Assembly (NCBI GenBank): GCA_051000335.1
Contig: JBPCOK010000090.1
Span: forward strand, 1-41,794
DNA from: Candidatus Limnocylindria bacterium
GTDB taxonomy: Bacteria > Chloroflexota > Limnocylindria > QHBO01
Reading direction: 5' to 3'
Length of the DNA stretch: 41,794 nucleotides
Shown: piece by piece, positions 8,422 through 17,303 of the stretch
Layout: each line of letters begins with the position of its first letter
Numbering within the stretch: position 1 is the first letter of the stretch
Notes under the pieces: generated by a model
What the model saw: only the letters and a program-made list of their open reading frames with translations
What the model was told of the DNA's origin: nothing
The model's database searches: none
Program-made: the position numbers and the translations under genes

Positions 8422-9552
8422 ATGACGAACGTTGAGCTGCTCTCGATCGGCGCCGAGCTCCTGCTCGGGGAGACGGTCGACACGAACGCCGCCTACCTGG
8501 GCTCGGAGCTCGCGACGGTGGGCCTGCCGCTCACCTCGGTGCGGATGGTGCCGGATGATCGAACCGTGATCCGTGACGCGTTCGCCGAGGCGCGGCAGCG
8601 ATCCACCGTCATCCTGGCCACCGGTGGCCTGGGTCCCACGCACGACGATCTCTCACGCGAAGGACTGGCCGATGCGCTGGGCGAGGCACTCGGCCAGGAT
8701 CCTGCCCTCACGGCCGTGCTCCAGGAGCGCTTCCGCAGCACTGGGCCGATGCCATCGAGCAACCTGCGGCAGGCGATGCTCGTGCCATCCGCCGAGCCGC
8801 TGACGAACCCGATCGGATCGGCGCCCGGCTGGTGGGTGGAGCGCGACGGGGTGATCGTGGCCCTCATGCCGGGCGTGCCGTCGGAGATGCGTCGCATGTG
8901 GACTGAACACGTCCGTCCACGTCTCGAGGAACGGTTCGCGCTTCCTGCGCTCGCGATCCGCACCGTGAAGGCGTTCGGCATCGGCGAGTCCGCCATGGCC
9001 GAGCGGCTCGGACCGCTGCTGACGGATCCACCCCTTGGGGTCGATGCCGGGATCTACGCGCGTGACGATGGAGTCCATGCCCGCTTCTCGACGCGCGGCG
9101 ACGCCACGGCGCTCGACCGCTGCGTCGACGAGTCATTGGCACTGCTGGGCGAGAGCGCGTATGGCACCGATGAGGATGACCTGGCAACGGCCGCACTCCG
9201 TCGGCTGGGACAGCTGGGCGCCACGACGCTCGCCAGCTGGGAATCCGATACCGGGGCGGCGCTGCTGGCCATCCTCAGCACGACGGTGCCGCGCGACGGT
9301 GACGCCCGGTATGTCGGCGGCGTCCTCGACATGGGGACGCCATCCGGCCCGCCCATCGCCGATGTCACACTGCAGCTCTCCCTCCTCGAGCAGGACACCG
9401 GCGGCCGAAGCCCGGTTCGCGTGTCATTGAGCGGCCAGCTCTCGATGCCGCCGGTCGAGCTGCGCGTCCATGGGTCCGGGCCGCAGCGCCCCCGGCGGGC
9501 GGCCTTCGCCGCCCTCAACGCGATTCGAGGATTCAGCTCCAGCGGCCGATGA
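8422..9552 (+). CDS. CinA-like protein (MoCF-like N-domain, eroded C-terminal PncC domain)
   Basis: LSIGAELLLGETVDTNA, TGGLGPTHDDLSRE, NLRQA, GSAPG, MPGVPSEM, GIGES. Confidence 0.85.
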   Translation: MTNVELLSIGAELLLGETVDTNAAYLGSELATVGLPLTSVRMVPDDRTVIRDAFAEARQRSTVILATGGLGPTHDDLSREGLADALGEALGQDPALTAVLQERFRSTGPMPSSNLRQAMLVPSAEPLTNPIGSAPGWWVERDGVIVALMPGVPSEMRRMWTEHVRPRLEERFALPALAIRTVKAFGIGESAMAERLGPLLTDPPLGVDAGIYARDDGVHARFSTRGDATALDRCVDESLALLGESAYGTDEDDLATAALRRLGQLGATTLASWESDTGAALLAILSTTVPRDGDARYVGGVLDMGTPSGPPIADVTLQLSLLEQDTGGRSPVRVSLSGQLSMPPVELRVHGSGPQRPRRAAFAALNAIRGFSSSGR

Positions 9553-10411
9553 GGCGCACGGCCCGCGGGAGGACCTCGAAGGTCCACGACGCTCTCGACC
9601 CGAGCGCGTCCCCGTCCGCCTGCACCGGAATCCGGGAGCCGTCGAGCGTCCTAAGCTCGACGCGTTGCGCATCGATCCGCTCGGCATCGGGTCGCGCGCC
9701 GATCGCCCAGCGCATGGCCTCGACGGCGAGCCGATGGATGGGCCCGGAGTAGACCCGCATCGCAATTCGGCCCGCATCGACGCGCGCCCCGGGATTCACC
9801 CTGAGCCCGCGGCCATAGAACGGGGTCGTGCCGACAACGAGCAGCTCCATCGGACCGCGGTGCACGACCCAGCCGTCAGCGCGGACCTCGACCGCGACGC
9901 GGCGCCAGAGGTCGGGCACGGACTTCGTCACCGCCGCGGCCCACCCGCGGAGGCGTTTCGCGCCGGCATCGGCGTAACGGGCAGCGACCAGGGCATCCCA
10001 TCCGGCGCCGGCGAAGAGCGCCAGCCGACCGTCCACCGACACGAGGTCGACGGGTCGCACGTCACGCCGCTCGAGGACGTCGACCAGCTCCTCGGGGCGG
10101 CTGGGAAGGTGGAGAAGGTGGCGCGTGGCGTTGCCGAAGCCCGCGGGCAGGTAGCCCAGCACGAGGTCGGAACGCCCGGCCGCGACGTTGTAGGCGACGC
10201 TGAGCGAGCCATCTCCCCCGGCGATCACCGCGGTCTCGTAGTCGCCGATGCGCTCGCCGAGCCACGCGGTCAGCTCGGCGACGTCACGCGTGGCGACCAC
10301 GTGCAGGTCGGCGTCGAGCGCGTGACGCGCCAGGTCGACGGCCTGCCGGACGTGGGCGCTCCGAGCGCTGCCGGCTCCCTCGTTGAGGAAGACGGCAGCG
10401 CGTTCGGCCAC
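9533..10411 (-). CDS. Diacylglycerol kinase family lipid kinase
   Basis: FLNEGAG, AGGDGS, LPAGFGNA, FAGAGWDA, YGRG, QADGD. Confidence 0.85.
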   Translation of the reverse strand: MAERAAVFLNEGAGSARSAHVRQAVDLARHALDADLHVVATRDVAELTAWLGERIGDYETAVIAGGDGSLSVAYNVAAGRSDLVLGYLPAGFGNATRHLLHLPSRPEELVDVLERRDVRPVDLVSVDGRLALFAGAGWDALVAARYADAGAKRLRGWAAAVTKSVPDLWRRVAVEVRADGWVVHRGPMELLVVGTTPFYGRGLRVNPGARVDAGRIAMRVYSGPIHRLAVEAMRWAIGARPDAERIDAQRVELRTLDGSRIPVQADGDALGSRASWTFEVLPRAVRLIGRWS

Positions 10412-11049
10412 TACGGAAGGGCAGACAGGATCTCGGCCGCCTGCGCCTCCGTGCCGGTCATGAAGTAGACCGTGTCGTCCTTCACATAGAGGTACACCGA
10501 AGCACCCGTCGAGCCGGTAGCGTCAGCGGCCGTCCACACGTCCTTGCCCCCGATGGTGGCGCGCTCCGCACCCTCGATGTCACCGGAGTCCTGGCTCGCC
10601 GCCAGGAACTCCTGCTCGAGCTGGTCCTCGGACACTCCGAGCACCCGGAACGCGGCAACGCTGATCGAGCCGTCCACGGTCCCGCCGAAGGCGACCGAGA
10701 CGTCGTCCAGCTCGGCTCCCGTGGCATCCAGGAAGTCCTGGAACGTTTCGTCAACGCCTCCGCCCGCGACGAGGGTGTCGCCACGGAAGCTGATGACCTG
10801 GAGCTGCGCTCCGCCCACCGTGGTCGGAAGGCGCGCGGCGAGCTCGGGGTCACCGTTGATGTCGAACGACGGGATCGCCACATCCGATGACCCGGGATCG
10901 GTCGGCGAGGCCGTCTCGGCTTCCGTCGGCTCGGGGGTCGGGCTGCTCGTTGCCTCCGGCTCGGTCGGCGAGGGGCTGGCCGTATCGCTCGAGCACGCGC
11001 TGATCACGAGGGCCAGCACCGCGACGAGCAGGAAGGAAGTGCGCTTCAA
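10411..11049 (-). CDS. Lipoprotein of unknown function with Pro/Thr/Ser-rich linker
   Basis: TTG start after SD GAGGAG; lipobox VISAC; PTEPEATSSPTPEP linker. Confidence 0.7.
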   Translation of the reverse strand: MKRTSFLLVAVLALVISACSSDTASPSPTEPEATSSPTPEPTEAETASPTDPGSSDVAIPSFDINGDPELAARLPTTVGGAQLQVISFRGDTLVAGGGVDETFQDFLDATGAELDDVSVAFGGTVDGSISVAAFRVLGVSEDQLEQEFLAASQDSGDIEGAERATIGGKDVWTAADATGSTGASVYLYVKDDTVYFMTGTEAQAAEILSALP

Positions 11050-11109
11050 GTTGATCTCCTCAGGGTGTGCAGCCGATGCAGGATAGACGCCCACGGCCGA
11101 ATCGCCTAC

Positions 11110-12501
11110 TCACGTGCGGCCCAGCAGCTCACCGGTCGGCGCGCGCTTCATGAACTTACCGTCGCCCGCGGCGCCCAGCCATTCGTCGCCGTCCACGATC
11201 ACCTTGCCGCGCGAGAGGACGATCTCGGGCCTGCCCGTCACCTCGCGACCCTCGTAGCACGAATAGTCCACGTCCATGTGATGGGTCTTGGCGCTGATCG
11301 TGTGCCTGGCTTCCGGGTCGTACACCACCAGGTCCGCATCGGCGCCGATCCCGACCACGCCCTTGCGTCCCTCGAGGCCGAACATGCGCGCGGGTGCGGC
11401 GCTGATCACCTCGACCCAGCGGTTCGGGGTCATGTATCCGTCGACGACGCCTCCCGAGTGGAGCAGGTTCACGCGGTCCTCGACGCCGGGAAGGCCGTTC
11501 GGCACCTTGCGGAAGTCGCCCTTGCCCAGATCCTTCTGGCCGTGGAAGTCGAACGGGCAATGGTCGGTGGACACGACCTGCAGGTCATCCTTGGCCAGGC
11601 CCTTCCACAGCTCGGCGGCATGCTCGGCCGGACGAAGCGGGGGCGAGCACACGAACTTCGCTCCCTCGAAGCCGTTGCCCATGTCCTCGAGCGTCAGGAA
11701 CAGGTACTGCGGGCAGGTCTCGGCGTAGGCCGGCAGGCCCTCGTCGCGAGCCCGGCGCACCTCGTTGAGGGCGTCGATGGCCGACAGGTGGACGATGTAG
11801 ACCGGCACGCCGGCGACCTGCGCCAGGCGGATGACGCGGTTCGTGGCCTCGCCCTCCATGACGGGAGAGCGGCTGGTCCCGTGGTAGTACGGGTCGGTGT
11901 TGCCAGCATCCACGCTCTGGGCGGCCACGACATCGATCGCCATCCCGTTCTCGGCATGCATGAGGATCAGCCCGCCGTTCTTCGCGGTCTGCTGCATGGC
12001 CCGGAAGATGGCGCCGTCGTCGCTGTAGAAGACGCCCGGATAGGCGGTGAAGAGCTTGAAGTCGGTCACACCCTCGTCGACGAGGGTGTCCATCTCGGCC
12101 AGCGTCTCGTCGGTGACGTCGCTCATGATCATGTGGAAGCCGTAGTCGACGCACGCGTTGCCCTCGGCCTTCGCGTGCCATGCGTCGAGGCCCTCGCGCA
12201 GCGACTGCCCCTTGCCCTGCACGGCGAAGTCGATGATCGTCGTCGTTCCGCCGAACGCCGCCGCGCGCGTGCCCGTCTCGAACGTGTCCTTGGCCGCGGT
12301 CCCGCCGAAGGGCAGCTCCATGTGGGTATGCACGTCGATCGCGCCGGGAATCACCCACTTGCCCGATGCGTCCACCGTCCGATCGGCCTCGACCCCGAGA
12401 TCTCTGCCGATGAGCGCGATGCGCTCCCCGTCCACGAGCACGTCCGCGGACGTCGTCGCATCCGCGTTGACGATCGTTCCACCCTTGATCAGCGTGCGCA
12501 T
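11110..12501 (-). CDS. hydA: Dihydropyrimidinase / D-hydantoinase
   Basis: PGAIDVHTH, GGTTTIIDF, FKLFTAYPG (carboxylated Lys), HAENG, VHLS, ETCPQYL, STDHCPF. SD GGAGG before MRTLIKGG. Confidence 0.95.
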   Translation of the reverse strand: MRTLIKGGTIVNADATTSADVLVDGERIALIGRDLGVEADRTVDASGKWVIPGAIDVHTHMELPFGGTAAKDTFETGTRAAAFGGTTTIIDFAVQGKGQSLREGLDAWHAKAEGNACVDYGFHMIMSDVTDETLAEMDTLVDEGVTDFKLFTAYPGVFYSDDGAIFRAMQQTAKNGGLILMHAENGMAIDVVAAQSVDAGNTDPYYHGTSRSPVMEGEATNRVIRLAQVAGVPVYIVHLSAIDALNEVRRARDEGLPAYAETCPQYLFLTLEDMGNGFEGAKFVCSPPLRPAEHAAELWKGLAKDDLQVVSTDHCPFDFHGQKDLGKGDFRKVPNGLPGVEDRVNLLHSGGVVDGYMTPNRWVEVISAAPARMFGLEGRKGVVGIGADADLVVYDPEARHTISAKTHHMDVDYSCYEGREVTGRPEIVLSRGKVIVDGDEWLGAAGDGKFMKRAPTGELLGRT

Positions 12502-12604
12502 CGATGCCTCCGTCGTTTCCTTCCGGGAGGCCGCCATCCTAGCGCCGCCGCTGGGTCGCCGGAGGCTGACGGCGCCATGCGTCGACTCTGGGGCGATCAC
12601 TGTT

Positions 12605-12644
12605 CTGTCAGGCGTTATATCGGTAGTGATATATCGGCTGACAG
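12605..12644. promoter_or_regulatory. AT-rich 17-bp imperfect inverted repeat, candidate operator
   Basis: CTGTCAGGCGTTATATC-ggtagt-GATATATCGGCTGACAG (2 mismatches) between the divergent hydA and HhH-GPD genes. Confidence 0.5.
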
Positions 12645-12745
12645 CGTGGAGGACGCGTCGCGCGGGCGAGCGAAGCAGTCCTCCGAAAACCGTCGGCTGC
12701 CACGCGCCGGTCGGTGCTCAGGACGGTGCGGAGTAGGATGTGTGC

Positions 12746-13306
12746 GTGACCGATCGACTCCATTTCACCGGTGACGACGACGCCGACCGGCTGCTCGTCT
12801 CCGACCCGATGGCGCTGCTCATCGGCTTCGCGCTCGACCAGCAGGTCCCGGTCCAGAAGGCGTTCTCCGGTCCGAAGGTCCTCCTCGAGCGACTGGGTAC
12901 GCTCGACGCCCGGGAGCTCGCGGCCGTCGACGAGGCGAAACTCGAGGCGGCGGCCAAGGGGCCGCCGGCGATTCATCGATTTCCGTCCGCGATGGCGAAG
13001 CGGGTACGGGAGCTCGCCGCCTTCGTCAGCGGCACCTACGACGGGGATGCCGCCCGGATCTGGACCGGTGCCGCCGACGCCCGAGATCTCAAGCGCCGGC
13101 TCGGCGCGCTCCCCGGCTTCGGCGATATGAAGGTCGCGTCGATGTTCGCCGTGCTCGTGCGGCGCCTGGGGGTGGAGCTACCGGGGGCGCAGGACGAGCT
13201 GCCGGACCACCCGACGCTGGGCGACGTCGACTCCCCAGCGGCCCTCGCCGAGTACCAGGCCACGAAGCGGGCTCACAAGGCGGAACTCCGCGCCGCGAGG
13301 GGCTGA
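12746..13306 (+). CDS. HhH-GPD-type base-excision repair family protein (TIGR03252-like)
   Basis: LHFTGDDDADRLL, LLIGFALDQQVPVQKAFSGP, PPAIHRFPSAMA, LPGFG, DVDSPAAL. Confidence 0.85.
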   Translation: MTDRLHFTGDDDADRLLVSDPMALLIGFALDQQVPVQKAFSGPKVLLERLGTLDARELAAVDEAKLEAAAKGPPAIHRFPSAMAKRVRELAAFVSGTYDGDAARIWTGAADARDLKRRLGALPGFGDMKVASMFAVLVRRLGVELPGAQDELPDHPTLGDVDSPAALAEYQATKRAHKAELRAARG

Positions 13307-13327
13307 CGCGCACCGACCTCTGCCCCA

Positions 13328-14425
13328 TCAGGCACGGTAGCGGAGGGTGGCACCGATCCCCTCGTGCCGACGCAGACCGTCGTGGTCGCGGACGACCTCC
13401 ACACGCGCGTCGGTCAGGGCGGCCTGGCGGACCAGCTCCGCCCGAAGATCCTCGTCGATCTCGACCGTCTCGTCGATGACGAGCTCGTCCACCTGCCCAG
13501 CCTCGAGCGCCGCCATGGTGCGGTCCATGCCGACCGTGCCGAGGTCATCGGCGCGCCAGCCGGCGAGAGCCCGATCGGCGACGTCCGTGCCATCTGCTTC
13601 CTCGAGCGCCGAGAGGATCGGTGCGATCTCCTCGCGGACGTCCTGCACCCGGGCGCGCATGTCGATGCGTGCCAGGTGTTCCACGAGCGGCCGGACGGTA
13701 CCCGACAGCTCCGGATCGAGGACGGAGATCACCCGCTCGTCGCCGGCGAGGATGACGTGCTGCGGCTTCTCGCGCCGCACGAGCCGGTCGATCGCCCCGG
13801 CCGCTTCCTTGGCGAAGCGCCGGTCCTGCATGTCGATGTGGCGCTGGAAGCGCGCTTGCGACCAGCCACCGGTGTCACGGCGTTCGTGCTCTGCGTTCGG
13901 CTCGTCGGGGCCCGACCGCTCCCGCAGGCCACCGCGACGGGTGACGAACAGTCGGCAGGTGTTCGTGTCGACCACCGCGACGACCGCGCTCACCTGGTCG
14001 TCGAGGAGCCGCGCCAGCCCGAACAGGTCGGCGGTCGGTCCGGCGGAGATGTGCGTCTCGAGCGCCACTTCCGCCCCGATCCCCTCCCACAGACCGATGC
14101 GGTCGCAGGCGAAGATCGCCATCCCATCGACTGCGTTCAGCTCCTCGGACGCCAACAGCTCCTCGATCCTCCGCCGATCCGCCTCGAACGACTCCCGCGC
14201 CGGACCGCGCACATCGAGCCCATCGGCGATGGCGTCGAGCCGGTCGCGCGCGATGACGAGCTGATTCCGCTCGCCGGGCCGCTCGCCGTGCACCTCAGGG
14301 CGCACGTCGATGATGCAGCTCAGGATCGGCGCGTCGGTGGAAATGACCCCGGCCAGCCGATTCAGGAGGTCTCGGAGGAACGCCTGGTCGGGGCCGAGCT
14401 TCGTGGTCGCGGGAGTGGTGCTCAT
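13328..14425 (-). CDS. Bacterial eRF1-like (baeRF / Vms1-type) peptidyl-tRNA hydrolase family protein
   Basis: GGWSQARFQRH loop, ALEAGQVDELVI, EGIGATLRY C-terminus. Confidence 0.8.
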   Translation of the reverse strand: MSTTPATTKLGPDQAFLRDLLNRLAGVISTDAPILSCIIDVRPEVHGERPGERNQLVIARDRLDAIADGLDVRGPARESFEADRRRIEELLASEELNAVDGMAIFACDRIGLWEGIGAEVALETHISAGPTADLFGLARLLDDQVSAVVAVVDTNTCRLFVTRRGGLRERSGPDEPNAEHERRDTGGWSQARFQRHIDMQDRRFAKEAAGAIDRLVRREKPQHVILAGDERVISVLDPELSGTVRPLVEHLARIDMRARVQDVREEIAPILSALEEADGTDVADRALAGWRADDLGTVGMDRTMAALEAGQVDELVIDETVEIDEDLRAELVRQAALTDARVEVVRDHDGLRRHEGIGATLRYRA

Positions 14426-14482
14426 GCGGTTCTAGGGAGCAAGGCGTGTGCCGCGTGGAGATCCCCTGCTACTGTCCACCCC

Positions 14483-15109
14483 ATGAACGAGCGCCTCCTC
14501 GCTTTGGTCCGCATCGGCTTCGCGATGCTCGTCGTGGCCGCGACCGTGGCGCAGATCGCGAACCTGGTCGACGACGGGGTCTTCAACCCCACTCGCTTCT
14601 TCCTCTTCTTCACCGTCCTTTCGAACCTTTTCGCCGCCGGGGTCTTCGCCGAGGGAGCTCGACGCCAGCTCGTGGGCGCCGAGCCCGTCGGTGACCTGTG
14701 GCGCGGCGCCGCGGTCGTGTTCATGGCCGTCACGTTCATCGTGTTCGCGGTGCTGCTGCGCGGGCTCCAGGAAGAGCTCCAGACGAACATCGTGTGGGTC
14801 GACACCGTCCTGCATCGGATCATGCCGGTGGCGATCATGGCCGATTGGCTGATCGAGCCGCCGCACGGCCCGCTCCCCTACCGACGCGTCCTCGTCCCGT
14901 GGCTGGGTCCGCCCCTGGCCTGGACGACGCTCACGCTCATCCGCGGCGCCGTCGACGGCTGGTACCCGTACCCGTTCCTGGACCCCGCGAATGGCGGCTA
15001 CGGCGTGGTCGCGCTGTATGCCGTGGCGATTTTCGTGCTGCTCCTCGGGGTCATCTGGATCGCGGCAACCAGCGGAACCGCCCTGCGAGACCGCCGCCGC
15101 GAGGCCTGA
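14483..15109 (+). CDS. Pr6Pr / FAR-17a-like membrane protein
   Basis: FFLFFTVLSN, LHRIMPVAIMADWL, RGAVDGWYPYPFLDP; multiple TM segments. Confidence 0.8.
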   Translation: MNERLLALVRIGFAMLVVAATVAQIANLVDDGVFNPTRFFLFFTVLSNLFAAGVFAEGARRQLVGAEPVGDLWRGAAVVFMAVTFIVFAVLLRGLQEELQTNIVWVDTVLHRIMPVAIMADWLIEPPHGPLPYRRVLVPWLGPPLAWTTLTLIRGAVDGWYPYPFLDPANGGYGVVALYAVAIFVLLLGVIWIAATSGTALRDRRREA

Positions 15110-15115
15110 CCGCTC

Positions 15116-16120
15116 CTACCCCAGCGCACCCTGGCCGATGATGCGCTCGCCGTACGCGGCCAGCTGCTCCTCTTCCTCGCCGTTCATCAGGTAGTTGTTG
15201 AACTGCGTGACGCCGGCCTCGCGCAGCTCGGCGAGGCGCTCGAGATGCGCCGATGCGGGGCCGATGATCGCGAACCGGTCGGTGATCTCGTCGGAGACGA
15301 ACCGCGCGTTGTCGCTGCCCACCTCCGCGTGGTGGTGGTAGTCGTATCCCTCGCGGTCCTCCGTGTACTTCCAGAGTGCCTCGGGCAGCTCGTCCTTCGG
15401 ATAGCGATTGATCAGGTCCACCACGTGATTGCTGACGAGGGCCGGGAACCAACGGACCTTATCGCGCGCGGCGCCGATATCGTCCGCCACGTACGCCGGC
15501 GCGGCCGCCATGACCTCGAACCCGTTCGGATCCCTGCCGGCCTCCTCGGCGCCCGCTCGGACGAAGCCCATGCACCAGCGGATGATGTCGGGATCGGCGA
15601 GCTGGAGAATGATGCCATCGGCGACGCGGCCGGCCGCGGCCAGCGCCTTCGGACCGTAGCCCGCCACCCAGACCTTGACCGGGCCGCCGTTGTCCTTCGC
15701 CCAGCCCATCTGGATCTCGGTCCCATCCAGGGTGACCGGGTCTCCGGCGGTGAGCGATCGGATGGCGGTGCAGGCCTGCTCCATGTACGCGACCGTCATC
15801 GGCTTCTTGCCCGCGACACGGACGGCGGAGTCGCCGCGGCCGATGCCGAGATCCATCCGGCCACCGCTGATCTCGTTGAGCGTGGCGAGCACGGATGCCG
15901 TGACCGTGATATCGCGCGTGCCGGGGTTCGTGACGCAGGTCCCGAAGCGCATCCGCTCCGTCGCCTGGGCCATGAGCGTGAGGAGCGGATAGGGCTCGCG
16001 CCACAGGATGTGGCTGTCGAACAGCCAGCCGTGCGCGTGGCCGGTGGCTTCCGCGCGCTTCGCCAGGTCGACCGAGCGCTCCCACCGATGCTCGGGCTTG
16101 AGCGTGAAGCCGAAGTTCAT
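15116..16120 (-). CDS. LLM-class F420-dependent oxidoreductase, TIGR03842 (Mer-related) family
   Basis: WLFDSHILWREPY, GTCVTNPGTRD..VTAS, GIGRGDSAVR, AGYGPKAL, ILQLADP, WFPALVSNH, GYDYHHH, DEITDRF. SD GGAG. Confidence 0.85.
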   Translation of the reverse strand: MNFGFTLKPEHRWERSVDLAKRAEATGHAHGWLFDSHILWREPYPLLTLMAQATERMRFGTCVTNPGTRDITVTASVLATLNEISGGRMDLGIGRGDSAVRVAGKKPMTVAYMEQACTAIRSLTAGDPVTLDGTEIQMGWAKDNGGPVKVWVAGYGPKALAAAGRVADGIILQLADPDIIRWCMGFVRAGAEEAGRDPNGFEVMAAAPAYVADDIGAARDKVRWFPALVSNHVVDLINRYPKDELPEALWKYTEDREGYDYHHHAEVGSDNARFVSDEITDRFAIIGPASAHLERLAELREAGVTQFNNYLMNGEEEEQLAAYGERIIGQGALG

Positions 16121-16157
16121 GTCTCCTGCGTCGCCTCCGTTGCATGGTGTGCCGCTG

Positions 16158-16285
16158 CGCGCCAACCAGGTTGGCGTTGTGCCCGTCGAAAATCTGCTCG
16201 TGGGATGTCCGGCCAACCCCGATGGCGCCGCGACCGGTGAACCGACCTCTTCACGCTACCGCCGGTCACAATGCCATCTCGGTGG
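16158..16285 (-). repeat. 128-bp double-hairpin intergenic element, copy 1
   Basis: Shares colinear blocks with 40238-40366: CCACCGRGAT, GGCATTGYGACC, GGTCGC..CGCC, TTGGC, CACAACGCCAACCWGGYTGGCGCG. Confidence 0.75.
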
Positions 16286-16300
16286 GCGTCCAACGCGAAT

Positions 16301-17149
16301 TCAGGGCCGAACGAGGTCGTCGTACGCATCAGGCCGGCGGTCGCGATAGAACTGCCAGAGCTGCCGGACTTCGGTGACCTTGTCGAGGTCGAGATCGCGG
16401 ACGATGAGCTCCTCGTCGTGCGCATCGCCGACGTCCCCCACGAACTGGCCGCGCGGATCGGCGAAGTAGGACTGCCCGTAGAAATCGTTGTCGCCCAGCG
16501 GCTCGATGCCGACCCGGTTGATGGTGCCCACGTAGTAGCCGTTCGCCACCGCGTGTGACACCTGCTCGATGCGCCACAGGTACTCGGACAGGCCGCGTGA
16601 CGTGGCCGAGGGGATGAACACCAACTCGGCGCCGTTGAGGCCCAACGCCCGGGCGCCCTCCGGGAAGTGCCGGTCATAGCAGATGTAAACGCCGACCTTG
16701 CCCACCGCCGTTTCGAAGACCGGATAGCCGGTGTTGCCGGGACGGAAGTAGAACTTCTCCCAGAAGCCCTTGACCTGGGGGATGTGCGTCTTGCGGTACT
16801 TGCCCAGGTATGTGCCATCGGCGTCGATCACGGCGGCGGTGTTGTAGTAGATGCCCTGGGCGTGCTCGTCCTCCTCGTACATCGGCACGATGAGGACCAT
16901 CCCGGTCTCCTTGGCCAGCTCCTGCATCCGCTTCGTGGTCGGACCGTCGGGGATGTGCTCGGTGTAGCTGAAGTACTGCGGGTCCTGGACCTGGCAGAAG
17001 TAGGGGCCGTAGAACAGCTCCTGGAAGCACATCACCTTCGCGCCCTGGGCAGCGGCCTCGCGCGCGTACTTCTCGTGCTTCTCGATCATCGACTCTTTGT
17101 CGCCGGTCCACTCCGCCTGGAGCAGCGCCGCTCGGACAGTTCGCGCCAT
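16301..17149 (-). CDS. Nitrilase-superfamily hydrolase, beta-ureidopropionase-like
   Basis: Triad FQELFYGPYFC (E), YRKTHIP (K), ICYDRHFPEG (C); FWEKFYFRPG; NRVG. Confidence 0.88.
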   Translation of the reverse strand: MARTVRAALLQAEWTGDKESMIEKHEKYAREAAAQGAKVMCFQELFYGPYFCQVQDPQYFSYTEHIPDGPTTKRMQELAKETGMVLIVPMYEEDEHAQGIYYNTAAVIDADGTYLGKYRKTHIPQVKGFWEKFYFRPGNTGYPVFETAVGKVGVYICYDRHFPEGARALGLNGAELVFIPSATSRGLSEYLWRIEQVSHAVANGYYVGTINRVGIEPLGDNDFYGQSYFADPRGQFVGDVGDAHDEELIVRDLDLDKVTEVRQLWQFYRDRRPDAYDDLVRP

Positions 17150-17303
17150 CTGGTCTCGACCTCCGCAGAGCCGATTCGGCCCTCAGTGACAACTGAATGG
17201 AAGCCGATACTCTACACCGGGGGGAGCGCAGGCCAGGCCGATGCCGATGGCGCCGGAGGTGTAGGGACGGGGTGATGGCCGTTCGACGGTGTGCCCGCGG
17301 TCG

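Noticed and set aside
13364-14482. Apparent long N-terminal extensions or fusions (Pr6Pr 581 aa, RR 426 aa, SDR 510 aa, thioredoxin 534 aa, heliorhodopsin 369 aa)
   Set aside because: The extensions overlap other genes; internal starts with SD or -10 signals give family-typical lengths, so these are not real fusions.
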